From an uncultured Clostridium sp. (lineage in GTDB: Bacteria; Bacillota; Clostridia; TANB77; CAG-508), in contig CAOJXR010000004.1 in NCBI GenBank assembly GCA_948465565.1, forward strand, positions 2,557 through 66,556: 64,000 nt of DNA, in the 5' to 3' direction. The notes beneath the pieces were generated by a model. The model was not told where the DNA came from. It saw nothing but the letters and a program-made list of their open reading frames with translations, and did not search any database. Shown piece after piece: positions 28,956 to 40,500 of this stretch. The position numbers and the translations under genes were made by a program. The stretch's first letter is position 1. The number at the start of each line of letters is the position of its first letter.

Positions 28956-29873
28956 TTATATGTCCTCATTAGTATTCTTTTCAATTTTGTCCAGTTTTTC
29001 TAGCTTTTCTAGCTCTTTTAAATCTTCTTGATTTTCAACATTTAACTTTTCTTCATCTTCTGCGTCTTTTATTATTTTTATATCTTTACTATTAAATTTT
29101 TTGTAATATGTTTCTTCACCGTCATGCAATTTTACTTTAACAATTTCTTTTAATGTCTCAATTGCGCAAACTTCCCCTGTTCCTTCTTCTGTCTTTACAA
29201 TAGCTCCTATCTTTGGTAATCTTTTTAGTTTTTCTTCATATACATTTTGCTCATATTTTAGACAGCACATAAGTCTTCCACAGCATCCTGAAATTTTTGA
29301 TGGATTTAGTGAAATGTTTTGCTCTTTTGCCATTTTAATTGAAACTGTTTCAAAGTTTCCTAAAAATGAGCAACAACATAATTCTCTACCACAAGCTCCA
29401 TTTCCACCTATTCTTCTTATTTCATCTCTAACACCAATTTGTCTTAGTTCGATTCTTGTTCTGAATATTGCTGCCAAGTCTTTTACAAGTTCCCTAAAAT
29501 CGATTCTTCCATCTGCTGTGAAATAAAATACTAATTTACTTCCATCAAATTTATATTCTGCATCTACTAATTTCATGTCTAATCCATGCTTGTCTATTTT
29601 CTCTTGACATTTTTTTAATGCTTCTGGCTCTTTTTGTTTAAATTCTTCGTATGATTTTGTATCTTTTTCTGTGGCAATTCTAAGTACTTTTTTTAATGGA
29701 TTATTTAAAGTGTCTTCATTCACTTCTTTGTTTCCAATTATTACTTCTCCATATTCATCACCTAATGCTGTTTCAACTATTACTTTATCTCCTTTTTTTA
29801 TTTCTATATTTTGTGGATCAAAATAATATGTTTTACCAGGTTTTTTAAATTTAATCCCCACTATTGTTTTCAT
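28956..29873 (-). CDS. ricT: PSP1-domain protein RicT/YaaT (stage 0 sporulation protein)
   Basis: 305 aa with a Cys cluster (CGRELCCCSF...SGCCGRLMCCLKYE). Located after holB as in Bacillus. Confidence 0.85.
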   Translation of the reverse strand: MKTIVGIKFKKPGKTYYFDPQNIEIKKGDKVIVETALGDEYGEVIIGNKEVNEDTLNNPLKKVLRIATEKDTKSYEEFKQKEPEALKKCQEKIDKHGLDMKLVDAEYKFDGSKLVFYFTADGRIDFRELVKDLAAIFRTRIELRQIGVRDEIRRIGGNGACGRELCCCSFLGNFETVSIKMAKEQNISLNPSKISGCCGRLMCCLKYEQNVYEEKLKRLPKIGAIVKTEEGTGEVCAIETLKEIVKVKLHDGEETYYKKFNSKDIKIIKDAEDEEKLNVENQEDLKELEKLEKLDKIEKNTNEDI

Positions 29874-30762
29874 TTACTTCCTCCCATAGTTTGAATAACA
29901 TGTTATCAATGCTCATATCGAAATTGCTATTTGAATTTATTCTTATTTTAGTTTCATGAATTATTTTTGCTGAATTAAGATATTTTATATCTTTCTCTTT
30001 TTTTCCTAAATTAAATAGCAATACTATACAATACTCTAATAAACCGTTTATTTCTTCTTTTGTAAAGGTTTCCTTATTCATGGTTATAAAATCTAATTTA
30101 CTTGAATTTTTTATTTTACTAATAAACTCTTCAATATTTTCATATTGTTCTTTTCTCTCTAGTATTTGCAATGCTTTTCCTATGCTTCCATCAAAAAAGT
30201 CATACATATTTCCTGAAATTTTGATATTATTAAATTCTGTATTGTTTAATATTTCTTTTATTTCTTTTTCTTTTAGTTTATCAAATACTATTTTTGTACA
30301 TCTTGATTTTATTGTGTTTAAAATCATATCAGAGTTTGATGCTATTAAAATAATTACTATATATTCTGGTGGTTCTTCTAATGTCTTAAGTAAGCTATTT
30401 TGAGCTTCTTTAGTCATTTTATCGCAATCGTTTATTATATAAATTTTTTTATCTGATAGAATTGGTTTTTCATATACAGTTTGAATCATTTCTCTTACTG
30501 TATTTATTTTTATTGTTTCACTTTCTTCGTTTATGATTTTTATATCGGGATGATTTTGTGAATCAAAGCGTATGCAAGACTTGCAATTGCATTCTTCATC
30601 TTTTGTCAAACATAAAATTTCTTTTGCAATTTCTTTTGCAATTTCTTTTTTCCCAATTCCTTCTTTTCCCAAAAACAAGTAACTGTGCAAAACATTATTG
30701 TTTTGCACAATTTTCTTTAATTCATTTCTGGTCGTTTCATTTCCTTTTATTTTTATATTCAT
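29851..30762 (-). CDS. holB: DNA polymerase III subunit delta prime
   Basis: 303-aa AAA+ clamp-loader subunit with a Cys4 zinc module, overlapping ricT. Confidence 0.85.
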   Translation of the reverse strand: MNIKIKGNETTRNELKKIVQNNNVLHSYLFLGKEGIGKKEIAKEIAKEILCLTKDEECNCKSCIRFDSQNHPDIKIINEESETIKINTVREMIQTVYEKPILSDKKIYIINDCDKMTKEAQNSLLKTLEEPPEYIVIILIASNSDMILNTIKSRCTKIVFDKLKEKEIKEILNNTEFNNIKISGNMYDFFDGSIGKALQILERKEQYENIEEFISKIKNSSKLDFITMNKETFTKEEINGLLEYCIVLLFNLGKKEKDIKYLNSAKIIHETKIRINSNSNFDMSIDNMLFKLWEEVNENNSGD

Positions 30763-30780
30763 TTTTCTCCAACAATCTTT

Positions 30781-31425
30781 TTATTTTTTGTCTGGATTTC
30801 CAAATTTGTTTAATGGCCAGAATCTAATCCATACTTTTCCTTCTATCTTGTCTATTGGAATACATCCAAATGATCTACAATCTGTACTTTGTGGTCTATT
30901 GTCTCCCATGGCAAATACATAACCTTCTGGTACTATTAAGTCAGTAAACGCTCCATCACATGCAGTTGTTACTACTGAAGAATTAAGATATGGCTCTTTT
31001 TGTTCTTCTCCATTTATATATACTTTGTTATCTTTTATTTCTATGTGTTCTCCTGGAAGTGCAATAACTCTTTTTATATATGATGTTTTTCCAAATTCTA
31101 ATATATTATAAACAAACTTTTCCCATAATCCGTGTGGTTCATTGCTGTATATTGCAACTGGATTTGCCATATCAGCATTTTCATGTTTTATCTTTGTTAC
31201 ACTTGGAGCTTCAAAAGTTATTATATCACCTCTTTTTATATCTTTTTTTAATGTAATTGATAATCTATTTAGGATTAATTTTTCATCTGGTTTTAAGGTT
31301 GGATACATTGACCTTTGTTTTACAGTTGTTGGTGTTCCTATAAAATGTCTAACAAGTAGGGCTAGAACTATTGCAATTACTATGCAATATCCCCATTCTA
31401 AAATATTCTTAACTTTTGGATTCAA
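30781..31425 (-). CDS. lepB: signal peptidase I (S26)
   Basis: 214 aa with an N-terminal TM segment, an SMYPTL box and downstream S26 boxes. Confidence 0.9.
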   Translation of the reverse strand: MNPKVKNILEWGYCIVIAIVLALLVRHFIGTPTTVKQRSMYPTLKPDEKLILNRLSITLKKDIKRGDIITFEAPSVTKIKHENADMANPVAIYSNEPHGLWEKFVYNILEFGKTSYIKRVIALPGEHIEIKDNKVYINGEEQKEPYLNSSVVTTACDGAFTDLIVPEGYVFAMGDNRPQSTDCRSFGCIPIDKIEGKVWIRFWPLNKFGNPDKK

Positions 31426-31441
31426 TCTTTATGCCTCTTTT

Positions 31442-32047
31442 CTATTCTTTTTTAGTAGTTTTCTTTGTTGTTTTAGGCTTTTTAGGGCTTGCTTCTTTTG
31501 TATTTTTTTTAGCTGTTGTTGTTTTCTTAGCTGTACTTGCTTTCTTAACTGCAGCTTTTTTAACTTCTTTTTTCTCTTTTATTGGCTCTTCTTTTACTTC
31601 TTCAACTTTTTCTACTACGTCTTCTTTTATTTCTTCAACTTTCTCTTGTTCTTCTTCAAATATTTCTTCTTCGGGTAATTCTAATTTTTCACTTCTGTAT
31701 ATATCTACTTCCTCCATTGGAGAATTTCTCTCTATTTCAGGCATATATTCATCTTTGTCTATTTCGTCGTCTTGGCTAAATAATTTTTCCATTTTTTCTT
31801 CAGCGCTTTCATCTAATTTGTCTATATAGTTTTCTATGTCTGCTGGCAAAATATTATTCTTCTTTGTTTTTATTTTTTCTTTTTTCTCTTTTTTTACTTT
31901 TGTCTTTTTTCTTTTTTGGTATTCTGGTGGCATTTGATCAATTTTATATAATATTACTAATATAAGTACTATTACTATTGCTGCTCCAGCTATGAATATT
32001 GCTTTGTCTGAGCTACTTAATGCTGTATTTTGAATTAATTCTCTCAT
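31442..32047 (-). CDS. membrane-anchored lysine/glutamate-rich low-complexity protein (hypothetical)
   Basis: 201 aa with one N-terminal TM helix followed by an extremely charged K/E-rich tail. Confidence 0.55.
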   Translation of the reverse strand: MRELIQNTALSSSDKAIFIAGAAIVIVLILVILYKIDQMPPEYQKRKKTKVKKEKKEKIKTKKNNILPADIENYIDKLDESAEEKMEKLFSQDDEIDKDEYMPEIERNSPMEEVDIYRSEKLELPEEEIFEEEQEKVEEIKEDVVEKVEEVKEEPIKEKKEVKKAAVKKASTAKKTTTAKKNTKEASPKKPKTTKKTTKKE

Positions 32048-32063
32048 TTTAAATCATTCCTTT

Positions 32064-33527
32064 TTAGATATTTTTAACATCCTTATTCTCTTCATTTTTC
32101 TTTGTTGGAATTCTAATTACAACTTCTGTACCTTTTCCTAATTCGCTGTTTATATTTATTTTTGAGTTGTTTTTCTCTAAAATTTCTTTTGCAATAGATA
32201 ATCCTAGTCCGGTTCCTCCCATTTCTCTTGTACGAGCTTTGTCTACTCTGTAAAATCTCTCAAATACTTTTTCTAAATCTTCTTCTGGAATTCCTATTCC
32301 TGTATCTATTACTTTTATATATGCATCATTATAAACAAATCCAACATATATTTTTATTTCTCCGTTTTCTGGAGTATATTTAATTGCATTTGTTAATATA
32401 TTTGTTATTACTCTTTCTATTCCTGCTCTGTCTGCCATAACATGAGGTACATCGGCTGTTACAAAGCATTCTGCTTTTTGATTCTTCTTTTCTATTTCAA
32501 ATGTTAAACTATCATAAGTTGTTTTTACTAATTCACCTAAATCAAATTCTTCTACACGACTTTTTATCATACCTGCATCATATCTTGAAAGTGTTAATAA
32601 ATCTTCAACTAGTTCTGCCATTCTATTTGCTTGTGTTGAAATTCTATTTAAAAATTTCTTAGAAGTTTGTTCATCACAGTCATCTTCTAATAGAGTGTCT
32701 GCATATCCTAGAATTGATGTAATTGGAGTTTTTAGTTCATGTGATACATCTGCTACAAATTCTGTACGCATTGTATCAAGTTTCACATGTTCTGTAATAT
32801 CTTGTATTACTACTATTGCTCCCCCTGGTCTTTCTGCTTCATCTCTAAATCCTGCGAAGAAAAGATTTAATGTTTTTTCTCCTACAATTACTTTTGCTTG
32901 TGTTGATGTCCAATTTTCTAAGTAAATTATTTTTTCTAAATTTATGTCTGCATCTATTTTACTAAATATTTCATCAAAATTTGTTTCTTTTCCATTTAGA
33001 GCAAATAATTTATCAGCAGCTCTATTTTTGTGAATTATTTCTCCATTTATATTAAATGCGAGTATTCCATCACTCATGTGTAATAAAATAGTTTCTATTT
33101 GTTTTTTCTGTCTTGATACTTCTTTTAGATTTTCATTTAACTCGTCGTGCATCATTCCAAATGCTTTTGTTAGTTCATCAACTTCTGTTTTATTTTTTCC
33201 ATCATTTAAGTATTTTATTTGGTATTGTCCACCTTTTGCTACTTGCTCTGCACTTTTGGTTAATTTTGCAATTGGGCTAATTATTACTTTTGCTACAAAA
33301 ATACCTACTAATATTGAAATAATTGTGAATACAATTATTAATGATATAGTTAGAAATTGAGTGCGTTTTACCTGCATTACTAGCATTTCTTCTAGCTCGC
33401 TATTTTTTACAATTTCTGTTGATATTTCTTGTAGTTGCTCTGAAAATAATACTCCTTGTAATCCTAACATGAGTATTCCAATAATCATAAATATCAAGAC
33501 TATTTTTATTTGTACACTTTTTAACAT
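32064..33527 (-). CDS. sensor histidine kinase (WalK/YycG-like: 2 TM, HAMP, PAS, HisKA, HATPase)
   Basis: 487 aa with an SHELKTPITSILGYADTL H-box and N/G1/G2 boxes. It lies downstream of a WalR-like regulator. Confidence 0.85.
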   Translation of the reverse strand: MLKSVQIKIVLIFMIIGILMLGLQGVLFSEQLQEISTEIVKNSELEEMLVMQVKRTQFLTISLIIVFTIISILVGIFVAKVIISPIAKLTKSAEQVAKGGQYQIKYLNDGKNKTEVDELTKAFGMMHDELNENLKEVSRQKKQIETILLHMSDGILAFNINGEIIHKNRAADKLFALNGKETNFDEIFSKIDADINLEKIIYLENWTSTQAKVIVGEKTLNLFFAGFRDEAERPGGAIVVIQDITEHVKLDTMRTEFVADVSHELKTPITSILGYADTLLEDDCDEQTSKKFLNRISTQANRMAELVEDLLTLSRYDAGMIKSRVEEFDLGELVKTTYDSLTFEIEKKNQKAECFVTADVPHVMADRAGIERVITNILTNAIKYTPENGEIKIYVGFVYNDAYIKVIDTGIGIPEEDLEKVFERFYRVDKARTREMGGTGLGLSIAKEILEKNNSKININSELGKGTEVVIRIPTKKNEENKDVKNI

Positions 33528-33620
33528 CTTCCACTCCTACGCAAGTGATTGCAATTATTATATCATTATTTTGGCAATATTCAAGTAGTTAATTTACTTG
33601 TAATGTAATTGTAACTATAG

Positions 33621-33726
33621 TATAAAAATAGATAGAATAATTTTCTCACTCCTTGCTGTCGCATTTTTCTTTGAAAAATACTCCAAGCTGCGCGTCATTT
33701 CGAAAATTATTCTATCTATTTTTATA
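33621..33726. repeat. 25-bp perfect inverted repeat (TATAAAAATAGATAGAATAATTTTC) flanking a 56-nt GC-richer core; a long stem-loop or MITE-like element
   Basis: Arms at ~33621-33645 and ~33702-33726 are exact reverse complements. The element lies in the 218-nt spacer between the RR and HK genes. Confidence 0.7.
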
Positions 33727-33745
33727 TTATAATTAGCAATATACG

Positions 33746-34495
33746 TTATTTTCCACTTACTACGTAGTATCCTACTCCTCTTTTTGTGATTAGGATTTTT
33801 GGATTTGCTTTGTCTTTTTCTATTTTATCTCTTATTCTGTTTACTGTAACGTCTACAGTACGAATTGCTCCAACGTAATCATCATATCCCCAAACTTTTT
33901 TTAGTAGCATTTCTCTTGTTACTACTTCTCCTGGTTGTTGGGCTAGATATTTTAATACTTCAAATTCTTTTATTGTTAGGTCTACTATTTCACCTTTTAC
34001 TCTAGCTTCTACCTTTTTCAAGTCTAATGTTAAATCTCCAACTGTTATAATGTTATCTTCTGTTTCTACGCTTTCTGTTTTCATTTCTGCTTGTGCAACT
34101 AATTCGGCTTTACGTAGGTTTGCTTTTATTCTTGCCATTACTTCTCTATGTTGAAATGGTTTTGTTATATAATCATCAGCACCCATTTCTAATCCTACAA
34201 CTTTATCTAATTCAGTGTCTTTTGCAGATATCATTAGTATTGGTACATTTAAGGAATATCTAATTCTTTTACATACGCTAATTCCGTCCATTTTTGGTAA
34301 CATTACATCTAATAATATTAAATCAGGCTTTTCTTTTAATGCAATTTCTACTGCTGATGCTCCATCATAAGCTTGTAATGTATCATATCCTTCTTTTTGT
34401 AGATGGTATACTAGCAAATCTACTATACTTTCTTCATCATCAACTACAAGAATTGTTTTACGATTAAAATCTTTTCCTATATCAAAATCTTCCAC
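33746..34495 (-). CDS. OmpR-family response regulator, WalR/YycF-like
   Basis: 249 aa with a receiver domain and a winged-helix domain closely resembling WalR. The true start may lie a few codons downstream of the first ATG. Confidence 0.9.
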   Translation of the reverse strand: MEDFDIGKDFNRKTILVVDDEESIVDLLVYHLQKEGYDTLQAYDGASAVEIALKEKPDLILLDVMLPKMDGISVCKRIRYSLNVPILMISAKDTELDKVVGLEMGADDYITKPFQHREVMARIKANLRKAELVAQAEMKTESVETEDNIITVGDLTLDLKKVEARVKGEIVDLTIKEFEVLKYLAQQPGEVVTREMLLKKVWGYDDYVGAIRTVDVTVNRIRDKIEKDKANPKILITKRGVGYYVVSGK

Positions 34496-34572
34496 GGTGA
34501 TACCCCCTTATATACTTATACATTATCTTATATCACAAACAAATTATTTGTACAAGTTTTTTTTCTTTTTTT

Positions 34573-37500
34573 TTACATTTTTATATCAATATTTTCAATT
34601 TTGTTTTCATCTTTTAAAATTATATAATCATTTTGTAATTTTTGACCATTGGCATATATTTCTTTTTCTCCATCTTCTATAGGGTTTTTACTTATTCTTA
34701 TATTGTATAAATTACTTTTGTATCTATATTGTAATTCATAATGTGCCCAGTTTTCGGGACAATTTGTTGGCAAGTACAATTTGTCTCCTTTTTTTCGTAA
34801 TCCTAGTATATTTTCAAGACAAATTTTGTAATACCAACTACTTGAGCCAGTGTACCAACTCCATCCTCCTCTACCATTCATAAATTTATTACTATAAATA
34901 TCTCCTGGCAAGACGTATGGCTCTATCTTATATATTTTTGTTTTCTCTTTTGTTTCAGTATGAGAAATTGGTGTAATCATTTCTAAATATTTTATTGCTT
35001 GGTCTAAAAATCCAATTTTAGCAAATGCCATTATTAGCCATAACGCCGCATGCGTATATTGTCCACCATTTTCTCTTACTCCTATAGGATACTTGGCTAT
35101 ATATCCTGGTTTCATTTCTTCACCTTTAAATCCTGGTGTTAATAATTTTATTAGTCCATGTTCTTCATCTATTAAATGTTTTTGAGCTGAGTCTAATGCA
35201 ATATATTTTTTATCATTGTTTCCCGCTTCTGAAATTATTGACCAACTTTGAGCAATACTATCTATTTTGCATTCTCTAGAACTGCTTGACCCTATAACTT
35301 GCCCTTCATCATTTATTGCTCTTTTATACCAATTTCCATCCCAACCGTTTTGGTTTAATGATTTTTTTAGTTCATTTTTTATTTTTTCAAATTCTTCTTT
35401 TTCTGATTGCTTTCCTTTGTATTCTAAAATTTTATCCCATCTATTTAAAATGTCATATAAGAAAAATCCTAGCCATATGCTTTCTCCTTTTCCTTTGTTT
35501 CCTACAGTGTTCATTCCGTCGTTCCAATCTCCTGCTCCCATTTTAGGAAATCCATTTTCTCCAAAGTCTAGTTTTCTTCTTATAGCTTTCATGCAATGTT
35601 CGTATATATTTTCTTTTTCTTCTGTGTATTCATATCTGCTGTATTTTTCATCTTCTCCATCTTCTAGCTCAATTCCACAAGTATATTCTACCTCTTTGTC
35701 TAGAATGCTCATATCTTCTGTAAATTCAATATATTCTAAAACGCTGTATGGCAACCATAATAAGTCATCAGAAATTTTTGTTCTTATTCCTGATTGGTTG
35801 TGTTCATGCCACCAATGCATTACGTCTCCTTCTTTAAATTGATGTTTTGCTGCTTTTATTATTTGATTTTCTAATAGTGTTATATCTATCCATTTCATTC
35901 CTAAAGTATCTTGTAGCTGGTCTCTATATCCTACTGCTCCTCCTGATTGATAAAATCCTGTTCTTCCATATATTCTGCTTGTTAAAGTTTGATATATTAA
36001 CCAATAATTCATATATAAATTTATTTTTTCTGAAGGTGTTTTTACTTTTATAATACTTGTTTTTTGATTCCAGTAATCTTCAACTTCCCCAAATGCTTTT
36101 TCTACTTTTTCTTCTTCAAAAAATTCTGATACATTTTTTCCTAATATAATGTTTACATTCTTTTTTTCATATCCTTCTAGTTCAACTGGTATTTCAATTA
36201 TTACTTCATTTTCTATTGATATATTTCCTTCTGATTTTAGTTCTTTTTTATTTACTCCTATAATATTCATGTCTTCATCAAAAAATTCACTTTTGTTATT
36301 TGCATAGGATTTTATTGGTATACTTGCGGTCAATTCAATTTTGTCACCAAATTCACTTTTGCATGTGTTCTCTAAAGTTATAAAATTATCTTTTTGTGTT
36401 ACTTTGACTTTTCCTATATTTTTATTTCTTTCTTCACCCATACTCAAATTTAAAGCATAATATATGCTTAATCGTCTTGATTCTGGTAATCTATTTTTTA
36501 ATGTTATATGATTTATTTTTACCTCTGCATTTATTGGAATAAAAATATTATTTTCTTGAACTATATCATTATTAATTTGAGTATATTTTGAATATCCTTG
36601 TCCAAATCGTACTTGGTACGAATTCGAATTAGAGTCACTTCCAAGTTTCCAAAATTCTTTTTTGTCAGTATCTTTTATTATTATGCTCTCTGTTTGGAAG
36701 TCTTTTATTGCGTCATTTTCCCATGTTGTTATTCTATTTAATCTACTATTATTTATCCAAGTATATCCTCCTGAATTTTCTGTTGTAATTGTTCCCATTT
36801 TTTGGTTTGCTATAATGTTACTCCAGCTTCTTGGTGGAACGTTTCCTGCTTCTACATTAATTATATATTCATTTTCTTTAAATCCTCCAAAACTGTTTTC
36901 AAAAAGCACTTCTTCTTTTTCAATTTTCTCATTCTGGCTTTCTTGTTTAAATATTCTTTCAATTTTTACTTTTTCTTTTTTTTCTATTTCGTCTAAGTTA
37001 TTTTTTATTCCTCCAGTTTCTCCATTCAAAGTTATACTACTAATTGCTTTTATTATTTCTGTATCCTGTTTCGTTAATTCAGTTTTATTAAATATAAAAA
37101 TTTGGTTGTTTCTTAAATACTCAAGTCTATGATTTTTTATGCAGTCATTTATCTCATCTTTTACAAATGTTTCATAACTAACTTTTTCATTGTTTAATAT
37201 GCATAAGTCTATTCGTATATTTTTGACATTAAAGAATTCTATTGTTTCTAGCAATTCGTCAATTAAATATATTTCTTCTGTATTCTTAATTTCTGCTAAA
37301 ATTATTGGATTATCTCCTGATATTCCAAACTTCCAAACATCTTCTATTCTATAGTCTATATCAACAGTTTTCGGAATATCTTTTTCTAAGCAATGTCCTA
37401 AAAGTTTTTGATTATTTTCAATTTTTTCTCCATTTAGTTCTAGGAATTTTATTTCTTCTTCACTTTTAGCTTTTGCAAGTTCTAATATCGAATTTACATT

Positions 37501-40500
37501 TTCTAAATTTATATCTTCTATTTTGTTTATTAATTCTTCTTTATCTTCTGACATATATATTATTAAATTTAATTCTTGTTTTTCTTTTGGTTCAATCTCG
37601 ATTTTAGTTTTTAGTGCTATTACAGGTTCTACATTTTCTCTTACCTCGTTTGAAAAATTGCTTGAGTCTATTACTGCTTTAGGGAAAGTATAATTTCTTC
37701 CCCAAAATTTTTCTTTTTCAAGTTCTAGTTCAATTTCATTTATATTATCAGTTAATAGTTTTACTCCTAGATATATTTTTTTATCATCAATTTTTCTTGA
37801 TGCAATTACTATACCTTTTTCGTATTCAAATTTAAGAAACATATTATTATAAGCTGGATGTGCGATGTCTGCTTTTATATTTGATATCAATGGTTCCAAG
37901 TATCCATATACTTCTAATTCTTCTCTTAATATTCCTTTATTTTTGATTGTTAATTGTCTTATTTCTGCTGGTTCATCTGGTACTAAAAATACTGTCATTA
38001 AGCTTTCTATGTTTTCTTCTCTTTTGAAGAAATCTTCTTTGTATTGTGAGAAAACTATTTCGTCGCTTTCAAAGCTGCTCCAACTTTTTTTATTTCTCAT
38101 ATTTTTTAAGAAAAATCCTATTCCTTCTTTGTCATCTAATCTATTTCTATTTCTGTTTATTTGTATGTCTTTATATTTACTGTATCCTTTGCCTTTTGTA
38201 TCTATTACGCTTGTATAATCTTCACTTGAAATTGCATTTATTCGTTTGAAATCATTTTCTTTTGTATATATAATTTCTCTATCATCGTATTTATTTACAT
38301 ATTTTCCTTTTGGCATCTTTTTAGTTTTTTCTTTTGATAAGACAACACTTTCTGGCATTCTTTCATTTAATAATATTTCAACTGCTTTTATCTCTGGATT
38401 ACTCATGAATCTCCTTTTTAAAATATCTTTATTTACAATGTTGTTTATTGAATTAATTATAAGTCCTTGGTGATGTGCCATATATGTTTTTACTGGTTCA
38501 TAGCTTTTATGTTGTCCTAGCCTCTCTTTTGTAAAATCGACACTGTCATAAAATCCATATTCACCTCGCATGTCTAGATCTTCTAGTTTTCGTAAGTTAT
38601 CTATTCCTTCTTGTATGTTGTATTCTAGAAATAAAAATGTGCTATATGGTGATACTACTAAATCTTCTTCTAATCCTCTTTTTAGTCCAAGCCATGGTAT
38701 ACCAAATGCTTTATATTGATAATTACTTTGCAGGTCTTTTAGTGAATATGCTGATTCGGATATTCCCCATGGAATATTGTTTCTTTTTGCGTATTCTACT
38801 TGACTAACTTTTGCAAATTTACATGCTTCATCTATTAAACTTCCTTCTGGTACTTTTACAATTAAGTTTGGCATTAAATATTCAAATGCTGTTCCTGACC
38901 ATGAAACTAATCCTTTATATCCATTTAGAGAGGTAAGCGTTCTGCTTAAGTTTATCCAATGTTTATATTTTATATCTTTTTTTGCAATTGCTACAAAGCT
39001 TGCTTGTCTTGCTTCTGAGGCTAAGAAGTCATAGTATGAATCTGTTAATTTATTATTTTCAATATCAAATCCAATGGAAAATAGTCTGCTGTTTGGGCTA
39101 TATAAAACTTTAAAGTCTGTATCTGCTATTAATTTATTTACTTTGTCTATTAGCGAATTTTCTTTGTCTTTATTTTCTAGGAAGCTTTTTACTACATATA
39201 AATAACCTACAAAGTTTCCGCTATCTACTGTTGATACGTATTCTGGTTTTAGTGGTCTTAGAGTTTTTATATTGTACCAGTTGTACAAGTGTCCGTTCCA
39301 TTTATCTAAGTTTATAATTGTGTTTATTACTTTTTCTAGTTTCTCTTTTGCTTGGTCAAAGCTTATAAATTTCATGTCATAACTTGATATTATTGCCAAT
39401 AGTTCTAATCCTATATTTGTTGATGATGTTCTGTCTACAAATTTATTTTTTCTTCCTAATTGATAATTATCTGGTACTAAATAATTTGTTTCTTCAGTTA
39501 GTTTTTCATCAAAATATTTCCATGTTTGTCTTGCAATTTCTAATAAATATTTTTTGTTTTCTTTTGATAAATTTTGTACTTTTTTATTTTCTATGCCAAT
39601 TACCCATGCAATATATGGTCCTAAGACCCATAAAGTTCCTAATATCATTGCAAATGGATTTAAAAAGCCAAAAATTAATATTCCAAATAGAATATTAAAT
39701 ATCATTTTTTTGCAATAACTTTCTAGTGTGTTTTCAGCTGTTTTGTCAACGAATTCTGATGTTTTCCATTCTAATAATTTTTTCTTTTTCTTTAATCTAT
39801 ATAATGTTTTTACTATTGCTTTTAGTGAATTTATTGCTATTGTTGGTAAAAATGTTACTTCTAATCCATTACGTAAAAGGCTTCCTCTTATTCCTGATAT
39901 GTTTCTATAAAAGTTTTTTTCTGCATATATTTTTTCTTCTGTTATACTTTTCTTAAAAATTATTTTGTTTATGATTTCTAAAATACTACAAATGAATAAA
40001 GATGAAAGTATTAGAATACTTAATCCGATTATATTCTCTTTTATTGATATTGCTAAAAGTAGAATTTGAGCAATTGGTAAAATACTTCTTCTTAGATTGT
40101 CAAATATTTTAAATTTACTTAGTTTGTTTATTGGATTGTTTCGTCTATTTATTTTCTTTTCTAGCCATGAGGCAATCTGCCAATCTCCACGTATCCATCT
40201 ATTTTCTCTTTCTAAATATGAAATATATTTATTTGGAAAAGTGTCTAATAGTACTATGTCTGATAACATTCCACATCTTAAATAATTTCCTTCTAATAAA
40301 TCGTGGCTTAATATTCTGTTTTCTGGTAGCTTATTTTTTATTATTCTTTGGTATGTTTCTAAATCATAGATTCCTTTTCCTGTGAAAATTCCTTCTTTAA
40401 AGCAATCTTGATATACGTCTGATATTGCGTTTGTGTAAAAATCTATTCCTGGATTGCATGCAAATATTTTTGTAAACATTGTTTTTTGTGAATCTTCTAA

